Of a DNA stretch of 64,000 nucleotides, positions 54,167 to 64,000 are shown in pieces. Numbering within the stretch: position 1 is the first letter of the stretch; each line of letters begins with the position of its first letter. The DNA is from a virus. Location of the stretch: IMG/VR virus record IMGVR_UViG_3300042507_004023; one strand, 5' to 3'. Both the position numbers and the translations under genes were made by a program. The notes beneath the pieces are model-generated. The model was not told the origin of the DNA, ran no database searches, and saw only the letters and a program-made list of their open reading frames with translations.

Positions 54167-54874
54167 TTATGAAGTTGGCACACGCATGATGTAGCAAAGT
54201 GCGTAGTATGGAGGAAGATTCTTTCCTGTTCCTGATTCGCCAGCAGAAGCAATAGTTACATTTGTTTTGTCTGTGTTACTAGTGCTGTAAAGCCATAGAT
54301 CTCCACCGCCTTGAGAACCACCGCCAGAAAGGCGAGATAGTCTACTCAATCCGGGTTTACCACCAATATTTGTTGGGGATAAACCACCTAAATTATCATC
54401 TGTAACAAAGAAGTGACCGTGACCTGGATCTGTAATTGTATGAGAGTGAGCACCAACAACAGCATCAGGTGAACCGCCGTTTTGATTTACGGTATAAGAA
54501 TCTCCTGCTCCAACTATAAACTTATTAAGCAAGTTTGGTGTGGTGTAACCAAAAACTACTCTTCCATCACACAAAGCCCATCCTGCGGGTATAGAACTTG
54601 CTAGTCCATACCACATAATAATACCACCGAATGGAAACCCTTCAGTCCACACAGGAGGAAGTCCTGAACCTTGAGAGGTGAGAACTTGCTGTGAAGTTCC
54701 AGGCGTGTTATTTACAATAGAACCAACACGAAGAGGGCCAAGAACTTTAATTTCACCAGAACTTGTCACTTCAAACTGTTCGGTTCCAACAGAGTCCTGA
54801 ACCACAACTCCAGGAGTTATTACAATCTTTGTGGCTAGTGCTGGACTAATTGTATCTACTTTTAATTCTGACAT
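54167..54874 (-). CDS. Short tail fibre / tail collar domain protein
   Basis: P.GGIIMW.G..SSIPAGWALCDG...TPNL.NKFIVGAG, HSH...HGH, NLPPYYALCYIMR. Confidence 0.85.
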   Translation of the reverse strand: MSELKVDTISPALATKIVITPGVVVQDSVGTEQFEVTSSGEIKVLGPLRVGSIVNNTPGTSQQVLTSQGSGLPPVWTEGFPFGGIIMWYGLASSIPAGWALCDGRVVFGYTTPNLLNKFIVGAGDSYTVNQNGGSPDAVVGAHSHTITDPGHGHFFVTDDNLGGLSPTNIGGKPGLSRLSRLSGGGSQGGGDLWLYSTSNTDKTNVTIASAGESGTGKNLPPYYALCYIMRVPTS

Positions 54875-54882
54875 GGTTTACC

Positions 54883-57800
54883 TCATAGAATCTTCCAAAC
54901 AAATCCTGCGTCAACGGTTACTATTTTTCCGCTCACTATACTTATGCCTGATCCAGGATCAATTGTATACACTCCGCTTGGAGTTTCTGGGAAAACTTGT
55001 GGGTTAAGATTTATAGTTGCATTAATTGTGGTTAACCCTGTGGAGTTGAACATACCGCCGTAGAACATGCCTTGAGTTGGCACAGTATTCCATGCAGGAG
55101 CAGCACCCGTGGTGTTTCCTGCAAACATGTGTGGCCCAATCTTGATGCCCGAGCCACGAACTTCAAGCGACATGGTTGGATTGTTGGTTCTGATACCAAC
55201 CATACCACCACTATTTCCTGAACCGCCTGCCACATACACACCCCAATAACGGTGAACCCCTGTTAGACTTTCTACAGTTAGGTGCAGATCTTTGCTCACA
55301 CCTGCAACAACTACCGCAGCATCTCCGCTACCTGCGCCTGTGGTGTATCCACCCATCAAGCGAAGATCATACGATTGTCCTGTCCAACCTACATTTGATG
55401 GGAATGGAGACACAAGATCTATCATGCCGCCAGATGCGCCACCTACAGTTAGTTTACCCCAACCGTATGGATTTTCTAGATCTACAAATGCTCCCTGAGA
55501 AGTAGCCGATCCTGCAAAGAACCGATACTTGCCCATGCCTGCAAAAGTTAAACCAGCATTCATCACAGGACTGTAGTGCGTATCTCCTGTTTCACGAGAT
55601 AGAGCCTGCATGTTGTAACGAGCATTGGCTCGCTTCTGTGCAGTCATACCGCTGTCGGTATGCAATTCCTTCTGTGGTTGAATGTCGTGACGCACATAAC
55701 GCTCATCGTGATTGTGCCCCGTCAAGATTAGAGCATTAACATTTGGTCTAGCACGAATGATCCAATAGGTTACTACTGCTGGTGGATACAGATAATCTCC
55801 GTAAACTCTTACAGTTCCTGTGGCTCCGCAGCCAGTGCAACCTTGGCAACCCGAGCATCCAACGCAATCAAAGATGCCGTCAATACGGTAACATGGACGA
55901 GATGCATCGCAGCATCCGCAACCTGTGCAACCCGGAGGCTGAACAGGCTGACAAATGTTGTCTTTCATCCACGCACAGTCTACTTGACCGAACGGATCTG
56001 AAGGCGGAGAACCCACCCATCCTTGAGCCGCGCACTCTTGGCAAAGAGTTCCACCTTGACGGCACAAATCGCAGTCTGTGCAAGTCTTAGACCAAGAAAC
56101 TCCTGTGCAAGTGTTGGTTCCTGAAACTGTTCCTTGGCAACCATTCTTGACACATTGCCAACAAGCGCAACACTGTTGTCCCACGCAATCCGTTGCAGGA
56201 TTTACGCAATCCGCAGTTCCGCAACCGCTGTCTTCAAAGCCTGGAATACAGACTCCGCACTCGGTTTCTGGTGTTCCAGGAACTAGTTCTGCAATAGGAG
56301 GCTGAACATCTATCTGTGTTGATACATTTCCTGATCCTTTGGAAGTTCTTCCATCACCAACACCAGATCCTGTTGTGAAGAAGGTTGGAGACGCAAGATT
56401 TACTTCAATCTTATAATCAAGAGTGTGCAACACATCGCCAAGCACCATTGTCGAGCCATTATCAAATCCTGTGATTCCTGAACCTGCACCAAATATGGTG
56501 CGGTTTCTGAGATCGGGAATTAGTAGAGTTCCCCATGTGCTTAAGGAGTCGGTTCTATGTCGTCCATATAGACGAATCGAGAAATCTTCGGTTTGTTGTC
56601 CTGCTTGAGCAAGCAGAGTGATGAATTGAGTTCTATCGTAGCCGCTTTGAACAGGATTGCCGTTTATCTGCTCACGCAACGCTAGAGTCACTTCATAATC
56701 GCCGCTTGCTGAATAAACGCGAGCATCGCGTTCTGCCACAACAGCGTTAATTATCTTGGAGAAGATAACAATCTTGACAAGATCTCCTTGAGAAGTGTTT
56801 CTACTTGCTGTTGGTGGGGCTTGTAGACTTCTGTTACCACCCTTTACATACACATCAACAAGAGTTTTGCCGCCACCAGAACCTGCTTGATTGCCGTCTT
56901 CGTCGGTGAATGCTTGCGCTCTAGTTTCCAAAACCTTAAGGTCGGCATAGTATTTCTGACTATCAACTCTTCCGTCTGAAGTTCCTATGACATTGTAAAG
57001 TTCAGGATACAATCCTGGTCGAACTTTCTTGCCATCACACAACAACCATTCATCTGTTAGTTCGTTCAGTAGTCCTGTGTAAGACATAACTGAACCAACA
57101 GGAACTAGACCACGAGGATAAATTTCGTCGGAAGCAGAACCGCCAACAATCATGCCTGGTTCTGTTAGAACTATGCCTGTAGCAAAACGATTTGACGGAG
57201 TTCCTGTTAGTGATACAGGAATAAACACATTCTTTTCAATGTAGTATGGATCACCAAAGGTTGCACCAAAATCGGTTGTAAGACCTCCGCTCAATCCAAG
57301 CATCAGGGCAATACCTGGTGTTACATCGCCAGGAACTGGAATTGTTGCAAGACCGCTGTGGGTATACAAGAACTCGTTTGCGTTCAATACTTCGGTTACA
57401 ATACCAAGAGTGTCTGCAAGATCTACCGACATTGGGCTTGCTTTAATATACTTCGCAGCAGTTGCCCCTTGAACAATAGAAACTTCTCGAATAATAACAT
57501 TGCCTGCGGTTAAACCGTGGTTGGTCTGAAACACACGAATTCTGTTCGAATCCGAATCCAACCAGTTGGCATTTATGCGACCACGATAATCGGAAATTGC
57601 AATGCTGTATGCTGTGGAGCCCTTGTTGCCTTCGTTTGGTTCGGCTGCTCCACCGTAAGCATATCCTGTGGTCGCTCCTGCACCATCCAAGTAATCAGCA
57701 TTGAATCCCTTGGCAAACATGTTGGCTGTTCCGCCAACAGTTGTAGAGAATGCAAATGGGCCGTTTGTTAAACCGTAAATTGTTGATAGTGTATATTCTG

Positions 57801-60114
57801 TGGCAGACTGACCTGTTCCGTATTTCAGGTAAAGCGGAGCACCCGAAGCAGTATAGCCGTAAGAAACCGACCAAGCACCCTTTGCATCATATGTGAGACG
57901 AATCGTTGGATCTACGGCTTGTCCGCTTGTTCCTATAAAATTAAAATCATTCTTGGAATCGCCTGCTGTGAGTGATTTATTTCTGTAATTCCTTGCGGTT
58001 ATAAATCCAGTTTCTGTGTTTACTCCTAAGTTATGAGATGATACGAACGCACCGCTCGACAACTCCCAAGTAAACGATTTATCGCCACTTGCACCCTTAA
58101 CAACAAATCCTGCACCATCTAAATTTGTATCGTCAAAGTATTCTGTGGTAGCACCATCAAACGAGATTAGACTGAAAGTTGCTCCTGTTACTGAGACAAA
58201 TCTGATGAATCCGCCTGTTTGGAAATCTTCTGATCCACCAGCGGTAAACATTGAACCAACGCGAACTTGTGCTGTTAACCCGTTTACAGGGCCTGTAATC
58301 GACTTTACTACACCAATAACTTCTGCGGTAGTGCCTGGTGAATTTGCGTTATCATCATAGAACGCAGATGCACCCACAATTCCTATGGAATACAGTTGAA
58401 GAATGCTAGCCGATGGGCCTGTAATTGTAATCGTGCCAGCAGTTTGGTAAGCAATTTCAATTTGTTTATCTTCAATACGAAGATCGTTGGACGCAACAAA
58501 ACTTTGATTTCCACCTACCAATAAATTTCCGTTAATCAACACATTACCGTCAAGTTCAAGATTTGTGAACTCAAGTTTAGGTGGAAGCATGTGTCTAGCC
58601 TGAACGGATTTTGGTGTTCCGTTGTATACGGTAGACACATCGCTCATATCCTTGAAGATGAACAGATCGTTTCCTGTTACACCATTGAGTCCTGTTGAAG
58701 GTGGTAGTGTTCCAGGATCAACGAACATCTTGCCACGGAAATTACTTCCCGCTAGGGTTGTATTTTGATGCCCCCAAGTAATTCCAGGGCCATTCTTAAA
58801 TCCGATTCCGACAACACCATTATAATTGCAGTTACTCTTACCTGTTACTAGTTCAATACCTGTTAAACTAGCAACTTCATACATGTTTAGCGGATTAATC
58901 GCATCAATAATTTGGTTGGTTCTGTCATACCATGTGTGGAATGTGTCAGAAAGAACTAGACGCTGAATGCTGACAAGATCATTGCATCCTGCTCCTGTTC
59001 CACCTGCTCCTTGCAAAGGATCACAACATGTTGTGCAAGCACACCCAGGCCCTGTTGATCCTAAAGTTCCATCTGCGCCTGTTGCACCTGGAGGGCCGAC
59101 AACACTTCCCGCATTAATATTTGTTCCATCTGAAAGAACAAGAATCAGGTTGCCGTCAGGAACGGAAACATAAGCGTTTACAACCGATGAACCCGCAGAA
59201 CCAGAAATACCTGTAGCACCTGTCGGGCCTTGAACACCGGTGGTTCCTGGAGCACCAGTATTACCTGTTGGGCCTACTACAGTTCCTGCATCAATATTAA
59301 ATGTTATGCCGGTTCCATAGTCTTGAATTGTCAGATAAAGTTTATTTCCTGATACAATTGCTTGAACAATTGAACTACCGGTTATACCTCTAATACCTGT
59401 AGCACCTGTAGCACCTGTGGTTCCTTGAGCACCAGTAGCACCAGTAGAACCTGTGGCTCCAGTTGCGCCTGTTCCGCCTGCTACGCCTGTAGCACCCGTT
59501 GCGCCTGTAGAACCAGTTGCACCTCCATTATATCCAGGCTCTCCTGCTAAAGAGAACAACCAATCTGACGCTGGTGTTGAGGTATTAGCGTGATTACTCT
59601 TTAGATCTGGAATAAATGCAAAGTTTGCTTGTGTTGCGTTGGTGACAACACCTTCAATCCAAACCGTGGTTGGATTAGCCTCACTCTTAATTCTTATACG
59701 ACAACCAATTTCAAACGCCCAATACGAAGGACTGGGCGGAACTGTTGGTTTTAAAGAATACCCAACTCCTAGAGTTATAGTCGATATGGTGTGTGAGTCT
59801 GTGCTTTTTACACCACAATATCCACATCCCGTTGCGCCAGTAGCACCTGTTGCGCCAGTAGCACCTGTTGCACCTGTTGCACCTGTTGCACCTGTTGCGC
59901 CAGTAGCACCTGTTGCGCCAGTAGCACCTGTTGCACCTGTTGCGCCAGTAGCACCTGTTGCGCCTGTGGGGCCAGTTCCGCCGCCTGCGGTGTCAGTGCA
60001 GACATAAACGCCACCGCCAGTGTCTACACAATCGCAATCTGTGACACAACGATTATCGGTGCAGTTTGGGTAGCACGATTCGCAGTCTGTGCAATCAAAG
60101 GTCATTTCTGCCAT
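54883..60114 (-). CDS. Giant tail fibre with (GAT)n collagen, Cys-rich segments and a tail collar domain (1743 aa)
   Basis: GAT repeats; SDTFHTW..RTN; IEDKQIE; ADYLDG; PVGSVM.Y.G...EWLLCDG...YPELY.VIG; IPDLRNR..FG; YWIIRA. Confidence 0.88.
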   Translation of the reverse strand: MAEMTFDCTDCESCYPNCTDNRCVTDCDCVDTGGGVYVCTDTAGGGTGPTGATGATGATGATGATGATGATGATGATGATGATGATGATGATGATGCGYCGVKSTDSHTISTITLGVGYSLKPTVPPSPSYWAFEIGCRIRIKSEANPTTVWIEGVVTNATQANFAFIPDLKSNHANTSTPASDWLFSLAGEPGYNGGATGSTGATGATGVAGGTGATGATGSTGATGAQGTTGATGATGIRGITGSSIVQAIVSGNKLYLTIQDYGTGITFNIDAGTVVGPTGNTGAPGTTGVQGPTGATGISGSAGSSVVNAYVSVPDGNLILVLSDGTNINAGSVVGPPGATGADGTLGSTGPGCACTTCCDPLQGAGGTGAGCNDLVSIQRLVLSDTFHTWYDRTNQIIDAINPLNMYEVASLTGIELVTGKSNCNYNGVVGIGFKNGPGITWGHQNTTLAGSNFRGKMFVDPGTLPPSTGLNGVTGNDLFIFKDMSDVSTVYNGTPKSVQARHMLPPKLEFTNLELDGNVLINGNLLVGGNQSFVASNDLRIEDKQIEIAYQTAGTITITGPSASILQLYSIGIVGASAFYDDNANSPGTTAEVIGVVKSITGPVNGLTAQVRVGSMFTAGGSEDFQTGGFIRFVSVTGATFSLISFDGATTEYFDDTNLDGAGFVVKGASGDKSFTWELSSGAFVSSHNLGVNTETGFITARNYRNKSLTAGDSKNDFNFIGTSGQAVDPTIRLTYDAKGAWSVSYGYTASGAPLYLKYGTGQSATEYTLSTIYGLTNGPFAFSTTVGGTANMFAKGFNADYLDGAGATTGYAYGGAAEPNEGNKGSTAYSIAISDYRGRINANWLDSDSNRIRVFQTNHGLTAGNVIIREVSIVQGATAAKYIKASPMSVDLADTLGIVTEVLNANEFLYTHSGLATIPVPGDVTPGIALMLGLSGGLTTDFGATFGDPYYIEKNVFIPVSLTGTPSNRFATGIVLTEPGMIVGGSASDEIYPRGLVPVGSVMSYTGLLNELTDEWLLCDGKKVRPGLYPELYNVIGTSDGRVDSQKYYADLKVLETRAQAFTDEDGNQAGSGGGKTLVDVYVKGGNRSLQAPPTASRNTSQGDLVKIVIFSKIINAVVAERDARVYSASGDYEVTLALREQINGNPVQSGYDRTQFITLLAQAGQQTEDFSIRLYGRHRTDSLSTWGTLLIPDLRNRTIFGAGSGITGFDNGSTMVLGDVLHTLDYKIEVNLASPTFFTTGSGVGDGRTSKGSGNVSTQIDVQPPIAELVPGTPETECGVCIPGFEDSGCGTADCVNPATDCVGQQCCACWQCVKNGCQGTVSGTNTCTGVSWSKTCTDCDLCRQGGTLCQECAAQGWVGSPPSDPFGQVDCAWMKDNICQPVQPPGCTGCGCCDASRPCYRIDGIFDCVGCSGCQGCTGCGATGTVRVYGDYLYPPAVVTYWIIRARPNVNALILTGHNHDERYVRHDIQPQKELHTDSGMTAQKRANARYNMQALSRETGDTHYSPVMNAGLTFAGMGKYRFFAGSATSQGAFVDLENPYGWGKLTVGGASGGMIDLVSPFPSNVGWTGQSYDLRLMGGYTTGAGSGDAAVVVAGVSKDLHLTVESLTGVHRYWGVYVAGGSGNSGGMVGIRTNNPTMSLEVRGSGIKIGPHMFAGNTTGAAPAWNTVPTQGMFYGGMFNSTGLTTINATINLNPQVFPETPSGVYTIDPGSGISIVSGKIVTVDAGFVWKIL
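59830..59964 (-). repeat. 15 x 9-bp tandem repeat encoding (Gly-Ala-Thr)15
   Basis: Units such as GGT-GCT-ACT/GGC-GCA-ACA, read directly from the sequence. Confidence 0.95.
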
Positions 60115-60338
60115 TATTGGGTATTCCTGTCAATTAGGCGGGCTAGTAAATTTTTAATCTCGGAAATTTCAGTCTTCAGGTTATTTATCTCATTTTTTAC
60201 AGAGTCTTCTTTCGCCTTGCGATTTTCTCGTTTTCTGTGGTATTCTTCAATCTCTGAACGATTAGTGAACAACAAGGCTCCACTTTCGGTGTCACGAACT
60301 ATGGGTTCATTTTTAACTTTTAATCGGTCGGGTGTCAT
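60114..60338 (-). CDS. Small coiled-coil protein of the T4-like tail module
   Basis: [13 protein letters not shown]...Y...[17 protein letters not shown]. Confidence 0.8.
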   Translation of the reverse strand: MTPDRLKVKNEPIVRDTESGALLFTNRSEIEEYHRKRENRKAKEDSVKNEINNLKTEISEIKNLLARLIDRNTQ

Positions 60339-63300
60339 GTGGCTATCACTCTCATGGATTGAACAACTGGAACCACATTACCTAGCGAAGAATACATCAC
60401 AAGTTTGACTGCAAAGGTTGAGAATTTATCTTTATCGGTCAACTCTAAGGTGTATCTGACTTCTTGGAATTCGCCTTCTGCCGTATTTGCATCGGTGGAA
60501 GCCGTCATCTTTTGATAACCACGAGTCTCAAAATAAGTGTTTGAATCCGACTCATCAGGCAGAGTTCTAGCAAACACTTCAATTGAAGATGGTGTAGGAT
60601 TGCTGATCGTTAAGAACACATCCAAACGAGTAGCCGGATAATCCAAGTTTACTTTCTTGCTAATATAGCGGGACTTCGATCTTACCGAAGAGTCAACGCT
60701 TCTATTATCCGAACTAATTTCGCCGTTATCGTTTTGAGAGCCAACCTTGTTGTTGTTTACCAAATTCTCAACAGAAACGATACAACCACGATCTATATCA
60801 ATCATCGGAGAAACATACTTGTTTTCTGTGCTCATGTAGCAGAACACAGAAGTAAATTTAGTGTTTGGATTCAAGTCGGTGGTATCTCTTCTATTGATAT
60901 TCTTGTTTAGAAGAACATCTGTAGCACCACTAGGCTTCATAATACCTTCTTCTTGCACAGTTACCGAAGTTCCTGGTGGAGTTACAGCAGGAATTTGGAA
61001 TCTTACAACCGCTGGATTTATGAGCGAAGACCCGTAATATGTGTTTGGAATGTTTGATAGTCGAAGAACCGAAGTTCCTGAAGTTTCAAATTCACAGATG
61101 TTTAGCGCAAACTTCAAATCTTCATTATCAATCTTGGTTAGTGTATTCTGACCTTGTGCAGAATACAGAGAACCAACACCAGGTTGATTGGTTGAAGAGT
61201 ATATCGGTGAACTTTCACTAGAGCGGTATAAAGTGTCTCCAATCTTGGCTGTATGCACCGAGAATTTATCGCTGCTTGTCTTCAGTGAGAAGCAGTATTC
61301 GTATCCTGGTGCGAGATACACAGGAGATGAGAATTTAAATTTGGTTCCCGAGTCTGTGGCATAATCGCTAACAGTTATTGAGTTTGAATAAACTGTTGAT
61401 GTTGCCAAAGGTAGAACTTTAGATGGGTGCGGATAGCCCCCGCTCATCGGTTTAATCGACATTGTAATTGGAACATTATAAGCCGAGTCAACCGTCTTAA
61501 ACCACAAAGAAACGCTGTTTGCAAACACCCCATAAGGATATAAAACAGGATCAATGTAGAAGGATTGTGATAGTGGATCAACCTTTCCAACACTTGATGC
61601 AGAATTTGAAGTGCTCTTCGTGAACACATTAGATTCTATGTTTGGTGAATTTACACTTACTCTGTAAGAAACTGGCTTACGAGTGCTAATTATACCTGCA
61701 TCAAAATCTTTGGATTCGTTACTGCCGTCAGCATTAAAGGTTTTATCTGCTGCGGTTGTGATTGCAGTTATATCGTTTGTGCTGCTATCGCACAAACGAA
61801 TTAGTTTAGCACCAGTCTTTACTTTACCAGTTTCGTTTAACAGTATTGCGTAATTGGTTGCGGTTGCCCCAACTCCAATTGAACCCGAAGGAGATGTGGT
61901 TATTGAAGCAGCCGTAGCACCTATATTGTAAACTCCTGCTGTAAATCCTGGAGTTACTTGGTAGATTGTTGATGGAGTTGTGCTGCCGTCAACAAACGCC
62001 CAAACTTTGGTTGAGGGTTTCAATTCTTCAGCAACAATAAGTGTGTAGATGTTTCTTGCGTAAAAATCTACATCCTTGTTTGCTTTACTTCCCAACTTCT
62101 TGTTAACAATTGATTCCGGTGTTATTGACTTTGGCGACAAGATGCCAGAGAATCTAGCAAAATTTGCATTTACCGACATTTCATCGTTTTGCTTGTTAGC
62201 CAAAGTTTGACTTGTTTCGTCTGTATATGCTTTACCGAACCAGTTTGTTTCCCAGTCATTCCATTGTGTTCCGAATCCTCCAATTTGACCGGGGCCTGTG
62301 CCTCCCTCAGCACCCAAACTTCCTCTTACAGAATACGACCAGTTATCATTTTCTCCCGAAACATTAACACGGACAGATGGAGACTGTGTATCTGCCATCC
62401 AGAAATCTGAATCAGGATAGGTTTTTAGTGAACCCATGAAATTAAAGATGCCGTATGGATTTACTTGACGAGAAGATGTTGCCAACGGTTGATTTACTCC
62501 AGCAACCTCATTCTTAATGCTGATAGTATAAATTCTATCAGCAGTAGGGCCCGGAAGTGCGGATGGCGAAATTAGAGAGGATGCTGGCAAACGAGTGTCG
62601 ATATCCACTCTATAAATTTTACTTCTAAATGCAGGACGAAGCACGGTAGTTTCAGGATCAATTGCCGCATTAAACATCTTACTTTTAACATCTGCAATAT
62701 TGTGACCACGGAAGGTGTCTACGAGAATTCCCTTCTTAGGAACAACATTACCGTCCACATCCTCTATAACAGTATTTTTTGCTTCTTGTTCTAGCAAATT
62801 CAAGGATGTGTAGTATTCTACCGCATCAATACGCTTCTCTAAAATGCCAATGTCTTCCATTGTGTAACGCTTGTTGTTTTGAATTCTTACCGAAACATCA
62901 TCCTTGGTGTTTGTGTAAGGAGAATAATTCAAAGTGTAAAGCGTCATTGCATTAGCATCATCTGGTGGTGTTGGAGCAGAAATATCAGCAATACCAGACA
63001 CCAACTTGAATTCTTTGTTTCTTGTTAGAACAATCTTATCTGTTCTAGGCAAGTATCTCTTAACATTCAAATAATTTACGCTGTTGTCTGACGGCAAAAT
63101 GTTTGGCATGAATGTGCCATCAGGCATTTTGTCTGGACGGAAATCTATCACATCAGAAAGTTTATAAGACTTTCCTGTATCTGGACTGCTGTATGATGGA
63201 ATTTGCTCTAGCGGCAAGTTGTAAGAATTTACAGTAAACGGAGCGGAGGTTGCTCCGGCTACAGGACGAGCAAAGTAAAGCATATTCACGGTTAGTCCTG

Positions 63301-64000
63301 AAGTTATTCCACCAGGAACTGAGCCTGCGGTGTAACCAGGTGCTAGCACCAACTTAGACCAATCGTAATAGTTGTCTCGCTGCCCCGTATCTAAAACAAA
63401 GTAATTACTTACATCTCCTGAAGCACTCGTAATACCAGACACACTTACAACATCAACATATTTGTTTAGGTAAACAAATTGTCTTCCATTAAATGTGGAG
63501 CCTGTTGGGCCAACTTCGTATTCAATTGGGCCTGTTACTGTTATTGCGGAAGAAGTTAAAGTTTTTGCTCGGTAAAGATAACTGCCACCTACTCCCTTTA
63601 GAGCAACTTCAAAGTTTACTGTTGCAGTTACCCCTGTTGGGCCGGCAGTTATGTAAAGAACTCCATATGTGCTGCTATCACCTTCAGCCAAAACATTGGA
63701 AACCGAATTGCCTGAAAGACTTATAACAGAGAGTGTGTTATCTGGCGAGTAAACTCCTGAAGCGTAATCAAAATACGCTTTTGCTGGATCCGCACCAAAA
63801 CCAATTGAACTTATAGAAATTTGAGCAGAACCTGTTGCACTAAATTCTACCTGTTTGCTCATTCTAACTTTATAGTCCACATCGCTTATATCATAGGTTC
63901 CAATTCCTGCGGTGTGTGGATACAGTAAAGTATTGGTAAAATCTTTTAGTTCTGATCCGCCTGTTGGAGAATAAGTTTCAAAGAGTTGTTCTCCTGTTCC
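60335..64000 (-). CDS. Large virion structural/baseplate protein (VrlC/DUF4815-like), start outside the window
   Basis: The frame is open to base 64000; F.LDTGQRDNYYD, DVIDFRP, YTMEDIG.LEKRI..VEYYTSL.LLE, GILVD.F.GH, DPLSQSF, SPVYL, RYISKKV.L, FAVKLVM. Confidence 0.85.
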   Translation of the reverse strand, partial: GTGEQLFETYSPTGGSELKDFTNTLLYPHTAGIGTYDISDVDYKVRMSKQVEFSATGSAQISISSIGFGADPAKAYFDYASGVYSPDNTLSVISLSGNSVSNVLAEGDSSTYGVLYITAGPTGVTATVNFEVALKGVGGSYLYRAKTLTSSAITVTGPIEYEVGPTGSTFNGRQFVYLNKYVDVVSVSGITSASGDVSNYFVLDTGQRDNYYDWSKLVLAPGYTAGSVPGGITSGLTVNMLYFARPVAGATSAPFTVNSYNLPLEQIPSYSSPDTGKSYKLSDVIDFRPDKMPDGTFMPNILPSDNSVNYLNVKRYLPRTDKIVLTRNKEFKLVSGIADISAPTPPDDANAMTLYTLNYSPYTNTKDDVSVRIQNNKRYTMEDIGILEKRIDAVEYYTSLNLLEQEAKNTVIEDVDGNVVPKKGILVDTFRGHNIADVKSKMFNAAIDPETTVLRPAFRSKIYRVDIDTRLPASSLISPSALPGPTADRIYTISIKNEVAGVNQPLATSSRQVNPYGIFNFMGSLKTYPDSDFWMADTQSPSVRVNVSGENDNWSYSVRGSLGAEGGTGPGQIGGFGTQWNDWETNWFGKAYTDETSQTLANKQNDEMSVNANFARFSGILSPKSITPESIVNKKLGSKANKDVDFYARNIYTLIVAEELKPSTKVWAFVDGSTTPSTIYQVTPGFTAGVYNIGATAASITTSPSGSIGVGATATNYAILLNETGKVKTGAKLIRLCDSSTNDITAITTAADKTFNADGSNESKDFDAGIISTRKPVSYRVSVNSPNIESNVFTKSTSNSASSVGKVDPLSQSFYIDPVLYPYGVFANSVSLWFKTVDSAYNVPITMSIKPMSGGYPHPSKVLPLATSTVYSNSITVSDYATDSGTKFKFSSPVYLAPGYEYCFSLKTSSDKFSVHTAKIGDTLYRSSESSPIYSSTNQPGVGSLYSAQGQNTLTKIDNEDLKFALNICEFETSGTSVLRLSNIPNTYYGSSLINPAVVRFQIPAVTPPGTSVTVQEEGIMKPSGATDVLLNKNINRRDTTDLNPNTKFTSVFCYMSTENKYVSPMIDIDRGCIVSVENLVNNNKVGSQNDNGEISSDNRSVDSSVRSKSRYISKKVNLDYPATRLDVFLTISNPTPSSIEVFARTLPDESDSNTYFETRGYQKMTASTDANTAEGEFQEVRYTLELTDKDKFSTFAVKLVMYSSLGNVVPVVQSMRVIAT

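Noticed and set aside
59830-59964. Tandem repeat considered as a CRISPR array
   Set aside because: The 9-bp units are contiguous and in-frame coding, with no unique spacers; no repeat-spacer array was seen anywhere in the window.
59639-60014. (PVA)n and (QQVLLA)n ORFs over the GAT repeat
   Set aside because: These are alternate readings of the same 9-bp tandem repeat.
1-64000. Genome-wide reassignment of TAG (alternative genetic code)
   Set aside because: Only one internal TAG was found in a core gene. TAG ends primase and the HNH gene at sensible positions, other genes are intact in the standard code, and no suppressor tRNA is in the window.

Overview
This window is 64 kb of a large T4-like (myovirus) dsDNA phage genome, not a cellular chromosome, and the host cannot be determined from it. 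The + strand (1-51539) carries the end of purA, seven tRNA genes without encoded CCA, and the T4-type replisome (gp45, gp44, gp62, regA, gp43, uvsX, gp41, gp61). It also carries dut, thyX, a class II RNR, a RuvC-like resolvase and a collagen/tail-fibre block. The - strand (51610-64000) is a tail/baseplate fibre module whose last gene runs off the window. The most notable items are: (1) an ~11 kb glycan island between uvsX and gp41, with at least six glycosyltransferase-like genes (two fungal-type KRE2/GT15 mannosyltransferases), a Gmd-like/ColD-like/Fcl-like GDP-deoxysugar (colitose-type) pathway, an FkbM methylase and a kinase-aldolase fusion, with Thr-rich (Gly-Ala-Thr)n collagen fibres as plausible acceptors; (2) a 994-aa nucleotidyltransferase-RimK-aspartic protease-DUF fusion among small genes with capsid-targeting-like N-termini; (3) a Mom-like/SAM-decarboxylase/two-methyltransferase DNA-modification block; (4) a single in-frame TAG at the catalytic Lys of uvsX; (5) atypical tRNAs (a Leu-UAA without a variable arm, and Ile-UAU); (6) late-promoter-overlapping hairpins that hide ribosome-binding sites, plus apparently leaderless late genes; (7) a 28-Cys insert in a 1743-aa tail fibre. 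All family assignments come from motif recognition by eye; no database searches were run.
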